Of a stretch of 40,024 nt of DNA, positions 8,406 to 17,784 are shown piece by piece. Each line of letters starts with the position of its first letter. Position 1 is the stretch's first letter. The notes beneath the pieces were generated by a model that did not search any database, was not told where the DNA came from, and saw nothing but the letters and a program-made list of their open reading frames with translations. The stretch lies in assembly GCA_048939765.1 (NCBI GenBank), contig JBHLPF010000023.1:19235-59258 (forward strand), given 5' to 3'. Source of the DNA: Promethearchaeota archaeon. Its GTDB lineage: Archaea > Asgardarchaeota > Thorarchaeia > Thorarchaeales > Thorarchaeaceae. The position numbers and the translations under genes were made by a program.

Positions 8406-11400
8406 ATGCATGAGAAATCTTGGTCAGAGGAAGAACAGTATCGGCTGCTCTTCGAGAATTTGTCAGATGGAGTGTACAGAACCGATAGAAACGGCATCAT
8501 TACGATGTGTAGTGATATCGGAGCTGAGCTCTTCGGCTATACACGTGAGGAAATGGTAGGCCGGAACTTTGGAAACCTAGTGCACCCCGAGGACTTGCCG
8601 CTTATCCTCGAGGCCCATAGAGAGAGCCAAGAGAGCGGGAAAACTACTCCTGGCGGCATAGAGGCACGAGGAATCAGAAAAGACGGCACTGTATTCCACT
8701 TCCATGTCACCAATACGATTCTAATGGACGATGGAGAGCCTACAGGATATCAATCTCTGATTCGAAACGTATCCGAGAGAAAGGCGGCTGAGGAGGCGCT
8801 CAGGCAGAATGAGCAGAGATATAGGAATCTCTTCAATAACTCTCCAGTTTCAATGTGGGAAGAAGACTTCACCCAAGTGAAGGAGTGGATGGATAGTCTT
8901 CGCGAGGAAGGAATAACTGACTTGAAAGCATATCTCGATGAAAATCGAGAGGCAGCAAGGCATGCTCTCTCGCTGGTTAAGATTGTTGACGTGAATTCCA
9001 GATCCGTCGAAATGTATGAAGCTGATTCCAAAGAGCAGCTTCTCGCTAATTTCAGCGCAATCTTCGCCGATGAGACCTGTCCATGTTTCACCAATGAGCT
9101 TCTAGCAATCTGGAATGGAAGCCCGGATCGGCTCCAATTCGAGAGCACCGCGGTTACTCTAGAGGGAAAACATCTGCATACGGGGATAACATGGAAAGCA
9201 CCAATCATTGAGGGAAAAATGGATCTATCCAGAGTAATGGTGGCGGTCTCGGATATCTCGCATCGGATGGCATTCGAAGACGCATTGAGATCTTCTGAGG
9301 AGAAATACAGGACTATTGTTGATGCAATGGAGGACATGGTCTTCGTTTATGACAGAAACGGAGATTACTCACAGTATTTTGCAGCTGACGACCGCCTCTT
9401 AGCAGTCCCACCTGAGGAATTTCTTGGAAAGAACGTAAAGGACGTGCTTTCACCAGAATTAGCAGAGTCATTTCTCGCATGCTTTGACAAAGTGAGATTG
9501 ACAGGAGAAGCAGAAAGACTGGATTACATGCTTGTGATTCGGGGGGAAATCCTCTGGTTCTCTGCAAGCTTGACTCTTCATGAGGATGGAGAGAGCATTG
9601 TTGCAGTAGTTCGTGATATAACTGCACGCAAAGAAGTGGAAAACGAACTTCGTGATAGTGAGGAACGGTTTGCAGTCTTTGCAGACAACATCCCAGGACC
9701 TGTCTTCATCAAGGACAAAGAATCAAACATGCTCTACGCGAACAGATACATGAAAGAAACTTTCCGCGTGTCAGAGGTGGAGGGCCTTAACACATTAGAA
9801 CTCTTTCCAAAGGCTCTAGCTGAACCAATGGTCGCGGACGACAGAAAGGCAATGGAAGAAGGTCCCGTGCAGGTCTTGCAAAGAGTCCCTGATGCGGAGG
9901 GAGCTATCCATTTCTATCAGACCTCCAAGTTCCCAATTATTAGAGAAGGTAAACCAACCCTGCTAGGTGGCATCGCCCTGGATGTCACTGATCGAATCCA
10001 GGCAGAGGAGGCGATATTAGAGTCGGAGAGAAAATACCGTAGACTCTATGAAACAATGGAAGATGGATTTGTCAGTGCAGATAGAGATGGAAGGTATCTA
10101 GAGTTTAATGCAGCCTATCAACAACTGTCAGGGTACTCAGCTGAGGAATTGAGGGAGAAGACATTCTGGGACTTGACGCCACCTGAATGGCACGAGATGG
10201 AGAGGAGAATATATCAAGATCAAACAATGATGCTGGGATATTCTGACATCTATGAGAAAGAACTCTTGAGAAAGGATGGCACAAGAATCCCGATTGAACT
10301 CAGGGTTACATTGATCAGAGATGAAAAGGGCAATCCAATTGGCACCTGGGCCATTGTTCGCGACATTTCACTTCGAAAGAAAGCGGAGGAAACTCTCCGT
10401 GAGGAGCGAGACACAGCTCAACGATATCTGGACATAGCTGGTGCGGCCATAGTTGTTGTGGGTGTTGATGGCAGAATTCACCTCGTCAATAGGAAGGGGC
10501 TTGAAATATTGGGCTATGAGGCAAGCGAGGTCGTTGGGAAATCATGGTTCGACTACTTCACTCCCAAAAACAAGTCTCAGGAAGAAAGAGATAGCTTCAC
10601 GGGTGTTATCGAGGGCAGCAGTGGACTATCAGGCAAATTCTCGCGAGTTCTGGTAGACAAGTTTGGTGAAGAACGCATAGTAGCCTGGGAGTTTCAGCTT
10701 CTTACTAGTGATGCGGGGAATATCATTGGGATGATAGCCTCAGGCGAGGATATCACAGAGAGAGACCGTGCTGAACGCGCGCTACGGGAATCTGAAGAAC
10801 AGTATAAGTCAACGCTTTGGGCTATCAGTGACGCAATTCATGTGGTAGATACAGATTTGAAAATTCTTCTGGCTAATCCCTATCTTGAGGGCTGGCTGGA
10901 GAGTCTGAATATTAGCCTGGACTTTCTAGGAAAAAGAATTGATGAGGCATTTCCATTCCTTCCCGAATCGATCCTAGACGAGTATAGGACGGTCTTTCAG
11001 ACTGGAGAGATTTTCACTAGCGAAGAGAGGAATGTTCTTGGAGAGCGTGAGATTATCACTGAAACCACCAAGATACCCATAATTCGAGAAGGGAAAGTTG
11101 TCCAAGTAGTGACTATAATCAGGAATGTTACAGAAGCAAGACTTGCAAACCAAGCACTGAGAGACTCCGAGGCGAAATACAAGCAACTAGTGGAACAATA
11201 CACACAGGGTATAGCGATAATTCAAGGAGAACCGCTTAAGATCGCATTCGTTAATGCGGCTCTAGCTAGAATTCTTGACGTAGAACCTGAAGAGATAGTG
11301 GCATACTCCCCAGATGAGATACAAAGAGTCATCCATCCAGACGACTTCAATGAGATAATGAAGCGATTCAGTGGTATGATGCAAGGCAATCCTGGTGGCG

Positions 11401-12998
11401 ATGATCCATTCGGATTCAGACTCGTAAGACCTAGTGGTGAGATTCGAATGGTTGAATTACTGGGGCGCAGAGTCGAGTATGAAGGGGATTTTGCGATTCA
11501 GATTGCTGTGGTAGATGTTACTGACAGAGTTAAGACGGAAAAGGAACTCAGAGAGTCTGAGGAGCGTTACAGAAGGCTGGCTGAGGAATCACTCCAAGGA
11601 CTCGCTATTATTCAGGATGGAAGATATGTCTATGCCAATCCCTCTTTTGCCAGAATCCTAGGACACAAGGTTGATGAAATTCTCAAGTTCACGGCTGACG
11701 AGGTTTGGGAGCTCGTCCATCCAGCTGATCGCGCAGAGTTGCGCCGCAGAAACGAGGATATCAGAGCTGGGCGCGCACCCGCGCCGCGTCATAGATTCCG
11801 CTATGTCAGAGAAGACGGCGAAATCCGATGGGTGGAGTCTTTCGTGGGGCAGATAGAGTATGAGGGACGGCTTGCGATTCAGGTATTGGACATTGATATA
11901 ACTGGACGGATGATGTCTGAGAAGGCACTTCGAGACAGTGAGGCAAAATACCGCCAGCTTGTGGAGCAATCTGCTCTTGGAATCATGATTGTTGAAGGAT
12001 TGCCGCTGCGTATTGCATTTGCCAACGACGCTCTGGCGAGGATATCTGGATTCACCGTTGAGGAGCTACAGTCGTTGTCTCAGGAACAGATTGAAGGGTT
12101 CATCCATCCAGAGGACTTTGAGTCAGTTCTTGAAATGATGTCTGCAGCATTGGGTGGAGCGCCTCTGCTAGACGCGCCATTGACAATCCGAGTCATTCGC
12201 AGCGATGGAAAGATGGTTTGGGTCGAAGTCCTTGGGGATAGAATCGAATTTCAGGATCGAATAGCCATTCAGGCAACTATAGTTGACATCACAGACCGTG
12301 TTATTGCGGGACTGGAGAAAGAAAAGGCTGAGCAAGAACTGAAGACTGCAGCAGAAACGTCTATGCTCTATCTGGACTTGTTAGGCCATGACATGCGAAA
12401 CAGACTTCAAGCAATGCAGATGGCTGTTGAGCTCTTCCAGTTCGATGAAACGAGACCACATGCGATTTCTGTACTGGAGCGAGTGCTAGAGCTGATCGAT
12501 TCATCTGAGGCTTTAATCGATAAGGCACATGCGACACGCGGGCTTCTGTCAGCACCAATGGAGATCATGTCCCTCTATGACGCAGTGAAAGAAACCACGA
12601 ACGCTTTTCGAGCAAAGGAGGAAGATGCTATAATTGAGGTTGAATGTCGAGCCACAGAGGCTCATGTGGTAGCAGATGAGTATCTTGGACACCTCCTAAC
12701 GAATGTGATTGAAAACGCCATCATTCACAATCCGGAAGAAGAGAAACACGTCTGGGTTACTTTGACAGAGGAACGTGGTGGCTTTGAGGTTTCAGTCGCT
12801 GACAATGGCGAAGGTGTACTCGATTCAATGAAGGATGTGCTCTTCGATCAGGAGAGGCGATATGGAGGCTTGGGTCTCCATCAAGCCAAACGGATCCTTA
12901 CCAAGTATGGTGGCAAGATAGAAGTTTCCGATAGAGTCCCAGGAGTCCCCTCCAAGGGTGCACTCTTCAGACTCTGGTTCCCCAAGCGAGTTCTGTAG
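8406..12998 (+). CDS. Cytoplasmic sensor histidine kinase with 10 PAS domains
   Basis: Ten PAS/PAC units, mostly beginning 'EE(R/K)Y(R/K)xL' and ending D(I/V)T/S. H-box LLGHDMRN; HATPase NVIENAIIH, DNGEGV and GGLGL. ATG 8406 follows GGGGTG (ORF track start is 8397). Confidence 0.95.
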   Translation: MHEKSWSEEEQYRLLFENLSDGVYRTDRNGIITMCSDIGAELFGYTREEMVGRNFGNLVHPEDLPLILEAHRESQESGKTTPGGIEARGIRKDGTVFHFHVTNTILMDDGEPTGYQSLIRNVSERKAAEEALRQNEQRYRNLFNNSPVSMWEEDFTQVKEWMDSLREEGITDLKAYLDENREAARHALSLVKIVDVNSRSVEMYEADSKEQLLANFSAIFADETCPCFTNELLAIWNGSPDRLQFESTAVTLEGKHLHTGITWKAPIIEGKMDLSRVMVAVSDISHRMAFEDALRSSEEKYRTIVDAMEDMVFVYDRNGDYSQYFAADDRLLAVPPEEFLGKNVKDVLSPELAESFLACFDKVRLTGEAERLDYMLVIRGEILWFSASLTLHEDGESIVAVVRDITARKEVENELRDSEERFAVFADNIPGPVFIKDKESNMLYANRYMKETFRVSEVEGLNTLELFPKALAEPMVADDRKAMEEGPVQVLQRVPDAEGAIHFYQTSKFPIIREGKPTLLGGIALDVTDRIQAEEAILESERKYRRLYETMEDGFVSADRDGRYLEFNAAYQQLSGYSAEELREKTFWDLTPPEWHEMERRIYQDQTMMLGYSDIYEKELLRKDGTRIPIELRVTLIRDEKGNPIGTWAIVRDISLRKKAEETLREERDTAQRYLDIAGAAIVVVGVDGRIHLVNRKGLEILGYEASEVVGKSWFDYFTPKNKSQEERDSFTGVIEGSSGLSGKFSRVLVDKFGEERIVAWEFQLLTSDAGNIIGMIASGEDITERDRAERALRESEEQYKSTLWAISDAIHVVDTDLKILLANPYLEGWLESLNISLDFLGKRIDEAFPFLPESILDEYRTVFQTGEIFTSEERNVLGEREIITETTKIPIIREGKVVQVVTIIRNVTEARLANQALRDSEAKYKQLVEQYTQGIAIIQGEPLKIAFVNAALARILDVEPEEIVAYSPDEIQRVIHPDDFNEIMKRFSGMMQGNPGGDDPFGFRLVRPSGEIRMVELLGRRVEYEGDFAIQIAVVDVTDRVKTEKELRESEERYRRLAEESLQGLAIIQDGRYVYANPSFARILGHKVDEILKFTADEVWELVHPADRAELRRRNEDIRAGRAPAPRHRFRYVREDGEIRWVESFVGQIEYEGRLAIQVLDIDITGRMMSEKALRDSEAKYRQLVEQSALGIMIVEGLPLRIAFANDALARISGFTVEELQSLSQEQIEGFIHPEDFESVLEMMSAALGGAPLLDAPLTIRVIRSDGKMVWVEVLGDRIEFQDRIAIQATIVDITDRVIAGLEKEKAEQELKTAAETSMLYLDLLGHDMRNRLQAMQMAVELFQFDETRPHAISVLERVLELIDSSEALIDKAHATRGLLSAPMEIMSLYDAVKETTNAFRAKEEDAIIEVECRATEAHVVADEYLGHLLTNVIENAIIHNPEEEKHVWVTLTEERGGFEVSVADNGEGVLDSMKDVLFDQERRYGGLGLHQAKRILTKYGGKIEVSDRVPGVPSKGALFRLWFPKRVL

Positions 12999-13006
12999 AG
13001 TTTCCG

Positions 13007-14092
13007 CTACGAGTCGGACTCGCATGCTGCAGGATCATCTGGCAATCGGCCATAGACTTTCCTGCCTAACCAAATGGCAACATAGACAAGTGCTATCAAC
13101 ACTGGAACCTCAATAAGTGGTCCGACCACCGCTGCAAGGGCTTGCCCAGAATCAATTCCGAATACGCCTATTGCCACAGCAATAGCTAGCTCAAAGTTAT
13201 TGCTAGCCGCAGTGAAAGACACGGTCACGTTCTTGTCGTAGCCGAACTTCAAGAAATAAGAAATGCCAAATGAAAGAAAGAACATCAGCATAAAGTACGA
13301 CAGCAGCGGCAAGGAGATTCTCAAGACGTCAAGGGGCAACGTAAGTATCTTCTCTCCCTGATAGAGGAACATCACTACGACGGTGAAAAGCAAACCAATG
13401 AGAGCTGTAGGTCCAAGTCGAGGAGCAAATTCATTGTCATACCATTCCTTGCTTCGGGTTCGAATCAATGTGAAACGGGTGATGATTCCTGCGAACAGTG
13501 GAATCCCGAGGAATATCAGGACGCTTTTCGCGATATCTATGATAGAGATCGGAACAACTGACCCTGATCCCGGCACTATGAACTCAGACAGAACCTCGAT
13601 ATAGAACCACGCCTCGACACTGTAGAGAAGGATTTGCATGATCGAGTTGATGGCGACAAGGACAGCACAGGACTCGCTGCAACCTCCTGCCATCATGTTC
13701 CAGATGAGTACCATGGCAATACATCTGGCTAGCCCCACAAGAATCAGGCCAACTCGATAGTCAGGCAGGTCTGGGAGGAATATCCATGCTAGAGTAAACA
13801 TCAACATTGGTCCTATGAGCCAATTTAGTGCCAATGAGGTTCCAAACATTCTCTTCTCTGAGCGGAGCTTGCCTAGTTCCTCGTACTTGACCTTTGCAAG
13901 CACAGGATACATCATCCAAATTAGGCCGATAGCAATAGGGAACGAAACCGTGTCGATTCTCCAGAAATCCAAGGCGTCAGCAATTCCGGGGAAGATATAG
14001 CCCAGTAGGAGCCCAATGGCCATTGCCAGAATAATCCAGACAGGCAGAAGCTTGTCAAGTAGATTAAGTGATTTTCGGGGCTGCTGACTCAA
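13007..14092 (-). CDS. acr3: Acr3 family arsenite efflux transporter
   Basis: WMMYPVLAKV, NWLIGP, GLARCIAMVLIWN, SNNFELAIAVAI and GPLIEVPVLI. TTG at 14092 follows GAGGTG. Confidence 0.96.
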   Translation of the reverse strand: MSQQPRKSLNLLDKLLPVWIILAMAIGLLLGYIFPGIADALDFWRIDTVSFPIAIGLIWMMYPVLAKVKYEELGKLRSEKRMFGTSLALNWLIGPMLMFTLAWIFLPDLPDYRVGLILVGLARCIAMVLIWNMMAGGCSESCAVLVAINSIMQILLYSVEAWFYIEVLSEFIVPGSGSVVPISIIDIAKSVLIFLGIPLFAGIITRFTLIRTRSKEWYDNEFAPRLGPTALIGLLFTVVVMFLYQGEKILTLPLDVLRISLPLLSYFMLMFFLSFGISYFLKFGYDKNVTVSFTAASNNFELAIAVAIGVFGIDSGQALAAVVGPLIEVPVLIALVYVAIWLGRKVYGRLPDDPAACESDS

Positions 14093-14152
14093 TCTTGACC
14101 ACCTCAATCTGGATAGGTTTCGTCATCGGGAAATACTGGCTATCTGAAGATT

Positions 14153-14190
14153 TGGCATATGTAGCATATGACAGCTGTTACATTATATGG
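14153..14190 (-). promoter_or_regulatory. acr3 promoter: TATA (TATAAT, ~14188-14183) and a palindromic operator candidate
   Basis: CATATG-TAG-CATATG at 14156-14170, with TG..CA extension, lies over the predicted TSS. Confidence 0.45.
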
Positions 14191-14220
14191 CATGCCAGCC
14201 GAACACATTCACATACTTCA

Positions 14221-15078
14221 TCACTTATATTTGCCAAGATACTGAACCTTTGCGAATCTATGATTCTCTGGATGTGTTCGTGCTTCCTCCTTACTTATCT
14301 CACGAAGATCGATATTCAAGCTTCTTCTTGCGCCGTCTATCCATATCTCTCTAGCCGCGCGAGCTGCAATACTAGCTGCAGCTACAGCAATCTCATCCTC
14401 TGCTTGGTGACGCTGCACCAACTGGACTTGCTCAAGATTCATTACTCGATCAAGCCGTTCTCTGGTTTTTTCTCGTGCGAATTCATCAACCACGATCTGA
14501 ATGCTTGTTCCAGAAGAGTGTCCGACCTCGTTGTAGACATTGGAAATGGCAATAGAATGCGCCCAGGCTAGCAAGTCATTGAGGTTCTTGCCCTCAGCAT
14601 GAAGCTCAGCTAAACGTGTGTTGAATTTTTCTGGCGAGATTAAGACAATATATCGAAACATGCTATTCATCTTGATCAGTTGATCCAAATCCATGATTCT
14701 CTGAATAGACAGAGCCTTACTGTCCATGACTCCATGTGCCCTCAAGATGCTGGATTGATTGGAAGAAACAGCCACTGCTGAAACCACAAGGGGTCCTAGC
14801 CACTCACCTTTTCCAGCTTCGTCGGAACCAATTACGATATCGAATCCATCGCGATCCTCCATTTCAAGGACTGTATCTTTGAGAAGGGATTCAGCGAGCA
14901 ATCCTGAGGCCACAACTTTTCCACTTGTATAGCCAATAATGGTTCCTCCAGCACACTTCAATCGAAAGGCCTCATATTGATTGGTAGGCTTTGCTTTGGT
15001 GACTTGGGAACTCTTGAATAACAACTCGTTGAGCTCTTGCAGTCGATTAGCATCAATTTTGACAACGTATGGGGGCAA
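14221..15078 (-). CDS. rnhC: Ribonuclease HIII
   Basis: N-terminal TBP-like domain (QYEAFRLK...IIGYTSGKVVASG), then IGSDEAGKGEWLGPLVV, DSKAL, VDEF, QAE and AAASIAAR. Confidence 0.88.
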   Translation of the reverse strand: MPPYVVKIDANRLQELNELLFKSSQVTKAKPTNQYEAFRLKCAGGTIIGYTSGKVVASGLLAESLLKDTVLEMEDRDGFDIVIGSDEAGKGEWLGPLVVSAVAVSSNQSSILRAHGVMDSKALSIQRIMDLDQLIKMNSMFRYIVLISPEKFNTRLAELHAEGKNLNDLLAWAHSIAISNVYNEVGHSSGTSIQIVVDEFAREKTRERLDRVMNLEQVQLVQRHQAEDEIAVAAASIAARAAREIWIDGARRSLNIDLREISKEEARTHPENHRFAKVQYLGKYK

Positions 15079-15092
15079 CGTCTATCCTCCGA

Positions 15093-15875
15093 TTATTCGA
15101 GATGCACAACATCACCCAGAGCCACGGTCTCTGTGCCTGCTCCTGTATTCACAATCAATGACCCCGTTTCATTGATATCCTCAGCTACTCCTTCGATAGC
15201 GCCAGCATCCTGCTCAACTCGAACCCTTTTTCCAAGTGTGTCACAGAGACCAACATACTCAATGAGCATTGGAGTAAAGGATTGAGCTGCTCGGATTGCA
15301 ATCAATCTTCTATCAATCTCACCAACGATGCGTGATGCGAGATGTTCGCGGGACGTATTCGAACAAATCTCATCGTAGATTGTTGTCATACTATTTCGTA
15401 CGTCGGGAGGGAAGTCTTCACGTGTGACATTTTGATTTATCCCGACTCCCAGAACGACTCCCTTCACCTGTTCACCTTGTGTAACTAATTCGCTCAGAAT
15501 TCCTCCAATCTTCCTTTGGCCTACTAGGATATCATTTGGCCATTTCAGACGCACTGGAATAACTCCCAGCTTCATTATAGCAGTTGCAGAAGCACATCCC
15601 ATTAGAAGCCCAAGCAGTGGACTCAAGGACTCATTGATCCGCGGTTTCAACACAATTGATAGATATAGACTGCCTTTGGGAGAAACCCAAACCCGGTCGT
15701 GTCTGCCCCGACCCTGTGTCTGTTTATTCGCAACGACAACTAAGCCCTCACCCTCACCTTCCAACACGTGCTGCTTAGCGACTGCATTCGTAGAGCCCAC
15801 TTCGTCCAAAACGATCAACCGTGGTGCCAAGATTTTGGTCTCCGCACACCTCAGAATCTCATCCTGGTCTAACAT
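15093..15875 (-). CDS. birA: Biotin--protein ligase (group I, no HTH)
   Basis: STN, QTQGRGRHDRVWVSP, LKWPNDI, KIGGIL, GVGIN and a C-terminal SH3-like domain. Confidence 0.95.
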   Translation of the reverse strand: MLDQDEILRCAETKILAPRLIVLDEVGSTNAVAKQHVLEGEGEGLVVVANKQTQGRGRHDRVWVSPKGSLYLSIVLKPRINESLSPLLGLLMGCASATAIMKLGVIPVRLKWPNDILVGQRKIGGILSELVTQGEQVKGVVLGVGINQNVTREDFPPDVRNSMTTIYDEICSNTSREHLASRIVGEIDRRLIAIRAAQSFTPMLIEYVGLCDTLGKRVRVEQDAGAIEGVAEDINETGSLIVNTGAGTETVALGDVVHLE

Positions 15876-15958
15876 CTCTCTGCACCTGTTGATGAAGGTT
15901 CTCCGTGAGGTATTCTGAGCCCCAGCGCTTAAAAATGGGGCTTTTTTGGATGCTCTAT

Positions 15959-16798
15959 CTAATACTCATCCAGCGTTGTTTGACTAATTGCAAGCTGGGG
16001 AAGCATTCGCTCAAGCTTACCTTTCTGAACTGGACGGATGCGGTTCATCAATTCTATCATCTGTAAGGCATTTACGGGTCCGAAACCAAAGAAATGATTG
16101 TTGAAGAAAGAATAGACAGTTTCGTTCTCATCAAGAAGACGAATAAATCGCTCCTTCCAGTCCAACAACTCATCATGGGAATATCGATAGTTGTACCAAG
16201 GATTACTCCCATGACCATGGAGACGAACGTAGACAAAGTCTGTTGTCACTCTCGTGTTTATTGGAAGGCGCGGCTCATCAACAATTACATGTGCAATTTG
16301 GTAGTCTTCAAGTAATCGCCAGATTCTCGGATGAATCCAGCTCTCATGACGAAACTCTATTGCATACCGAAAGTCAAGGTCTAGGGCAGAGAAGAATGTT
16401 TCAAGATCTCCAAAGGTGGAAATATCCCACGGAGGTAATTGAATGAGCAAGACGGCTAAGCGCGGACTCATGGGTCGCATCCTGTCAAAGAAGGCGGTCA
16501 ATATTGCGCCCGCCTCTGACTGCAGGTTCAATCTGTTATCGTGAGTCACTCGATGTGGAATCTTTGCTGTGAAATGTTTGGTTTCGGATAGTGCAGCCAT
16601 CAAATATTGGATTATCGACTCTTTAGGAGGCCCATAGAATGTGCTGTTTATCTCAGCGACATCAAAGTAAGTGAAATATTGCTGAAGCATGGTCTGATTC
16701 GAGCTATAGAATATCCCTTTCCACTCCGGATAAGACCATCCACACGTACCAATATGGAGTCCTCTTCTCAGTGGAACTCTGCTCCTCAATACGCTCAT
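15959..16798 (-). CDS. DUF72 (YecE-like) protein
   Basis: IGTCGWSY, EINSTFY, KIP-x3-TH, QLPP, EFRHESW, YVRLHG and FFNN. Confidence 0.92.
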   Translation of the reverse strand: MSVLRSRVPLRRGLHIGTCGWSYPEWKGIFYSSNQTMLQQYFTYFDVAEINSTFYGPPKESIIQYLMAALSETKHFTAKIPHRVTHDNRLNLQSEAGAILTAFFDRMRPMSPRLAVLLIQLPPWDISTFGDLETFFSALDLDFRYAIEFRHESWIHPRIWRLLEDYQIAHVIVDEPRLPINTRVTTDFVYVRLHGHGSNPWYNYRYSHDELLDWKERFIRLLDENETVYSFFNNHFFGFGPVNALQMIELMNRIRPVQKGKLERMLPQLAISQTTLDEY

Positions 16799-16874
16799 AC
16801 AGAATTGTCTTCTCAGTCATTGAAAAGCACCCCCAAACTCAATCCTTTTACCTGTAGGCTGCAATGTTCACTGG

Positions 16875-17549
16875 ATGTGCGGTCGTTTCAATTTCCTTAG
16901 TCACAAGACAGCAGTTGAAGAGAGGTTTGGGGTCACTGACATTGACTTCGATATTGTCCCGCGATACAATATCGCACCTGGACAGAAGATTGCAACAGTG
17001 ATTCAAGACCCAGAGCTCCGCATGGTTGAGATGCGATGGGGTTACATACCCGTCTGGGCCAAGGAAGATAAGATTGGCTACAAGATGATAAACTCGCGTG
17101 CTGAGAAAGTGGCTGAAAGTCGGGTCTTCAAGAGTTCATTCCAGAAGAAGAGATGCCTCATCCCAGCGACCGGCTTCTATGAATGGCAGAGGGTTGGAAA
17201 GGTCAAGAAGCCTATGCATATTCGGTTGGAGTCGAGGGATATCTTCTCCTTTGCGGGAATATACAGCCGCTGGAAATCGCCTCAAGAGAAGACGGTCTTG
17301 AGCTGTTCAATCATCACAACCGCGCCCAACAGTCTAGTTGAGCCAATACATAATCGAATGCCAGTTATTCTACCGAGAGAGAAAGAATCCACTTGGCTTG
17401 ACCCTGACCTGCAGGATGCTGGGATCTTGAAGGAGTTACTCTTGCCCTATGAACCCAATGGAATGGAGGCATACGAGGTTTCGACCTATGTTAACTCTCC
17501 CAGCAATACAGGACCAGTTTGTACTACACCGGTTCAGATGCAGCTGTGA
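16875..17549 (+). CDS. yedK: SRAP family abasic-site-protecting protein (YedK/HMCES-like)
   Basis: N-terminal MCGRF, YNIAPGQ, MRWG, INSRAE, RCLIPATGFYEW and IHNRMPVIL. Confidence 0.95.
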   Translation: MCGRFNFLSHKTAVEERFGVTDIDFDIVPRYNIAPGQKIATVIQDPELRMVEMRWGYIPVWAKEDKIGYKMINSRAEKVAESRVFKSSFQKKRCLIPATGFYEWQRVGKVKKPMHIRLESRDIFSFAGIYSRWKSPQEKTVLSCSIITTAPNSLVEPIHNRMPVILPREKESTWLDPDLQDAGILKELLLPYEPNGMEAYEVSTYVNSPSNTGPVCTTPVQMQL

Positions 17550-17561
17550 TTCTGACAGGAA

Positions 17562-17672
17562 TCAGGTGATGTCTAATTCCTTTTCCAATCTGTCCGCGAT
17601 CCACATACGAGCATCCTTCTTGAAGAGCCTACGCTTGCCCATGTATCCTAGCTTCGCAGCTTGGGTCAACAA
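17562..17672 (-). CDS. Putative 36-aa small protein (not in the ORF track)
   Basis: TTG start 6 nt after AGGAG; MLTQAAKLGYMGKRRLFKKDARMWIADRLEKELDIT. Fills the SRAP-ltaE gap. Confidence 0.3.
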   Translation of the reverse strand: MLTQAAKLGYMGKRRLFKKDARMWIADRLEKELDIT

Positions 17673-17784
17673 TATTCTCTCCTAAGAATCCAAGCAACTC
17701 TGATGGCTGGAAAACTGCCTTTGTTCATTATGCATAAAGCATGTACCGGAAGGCTAAAACTTCGCACATATCACATGCAGAACT

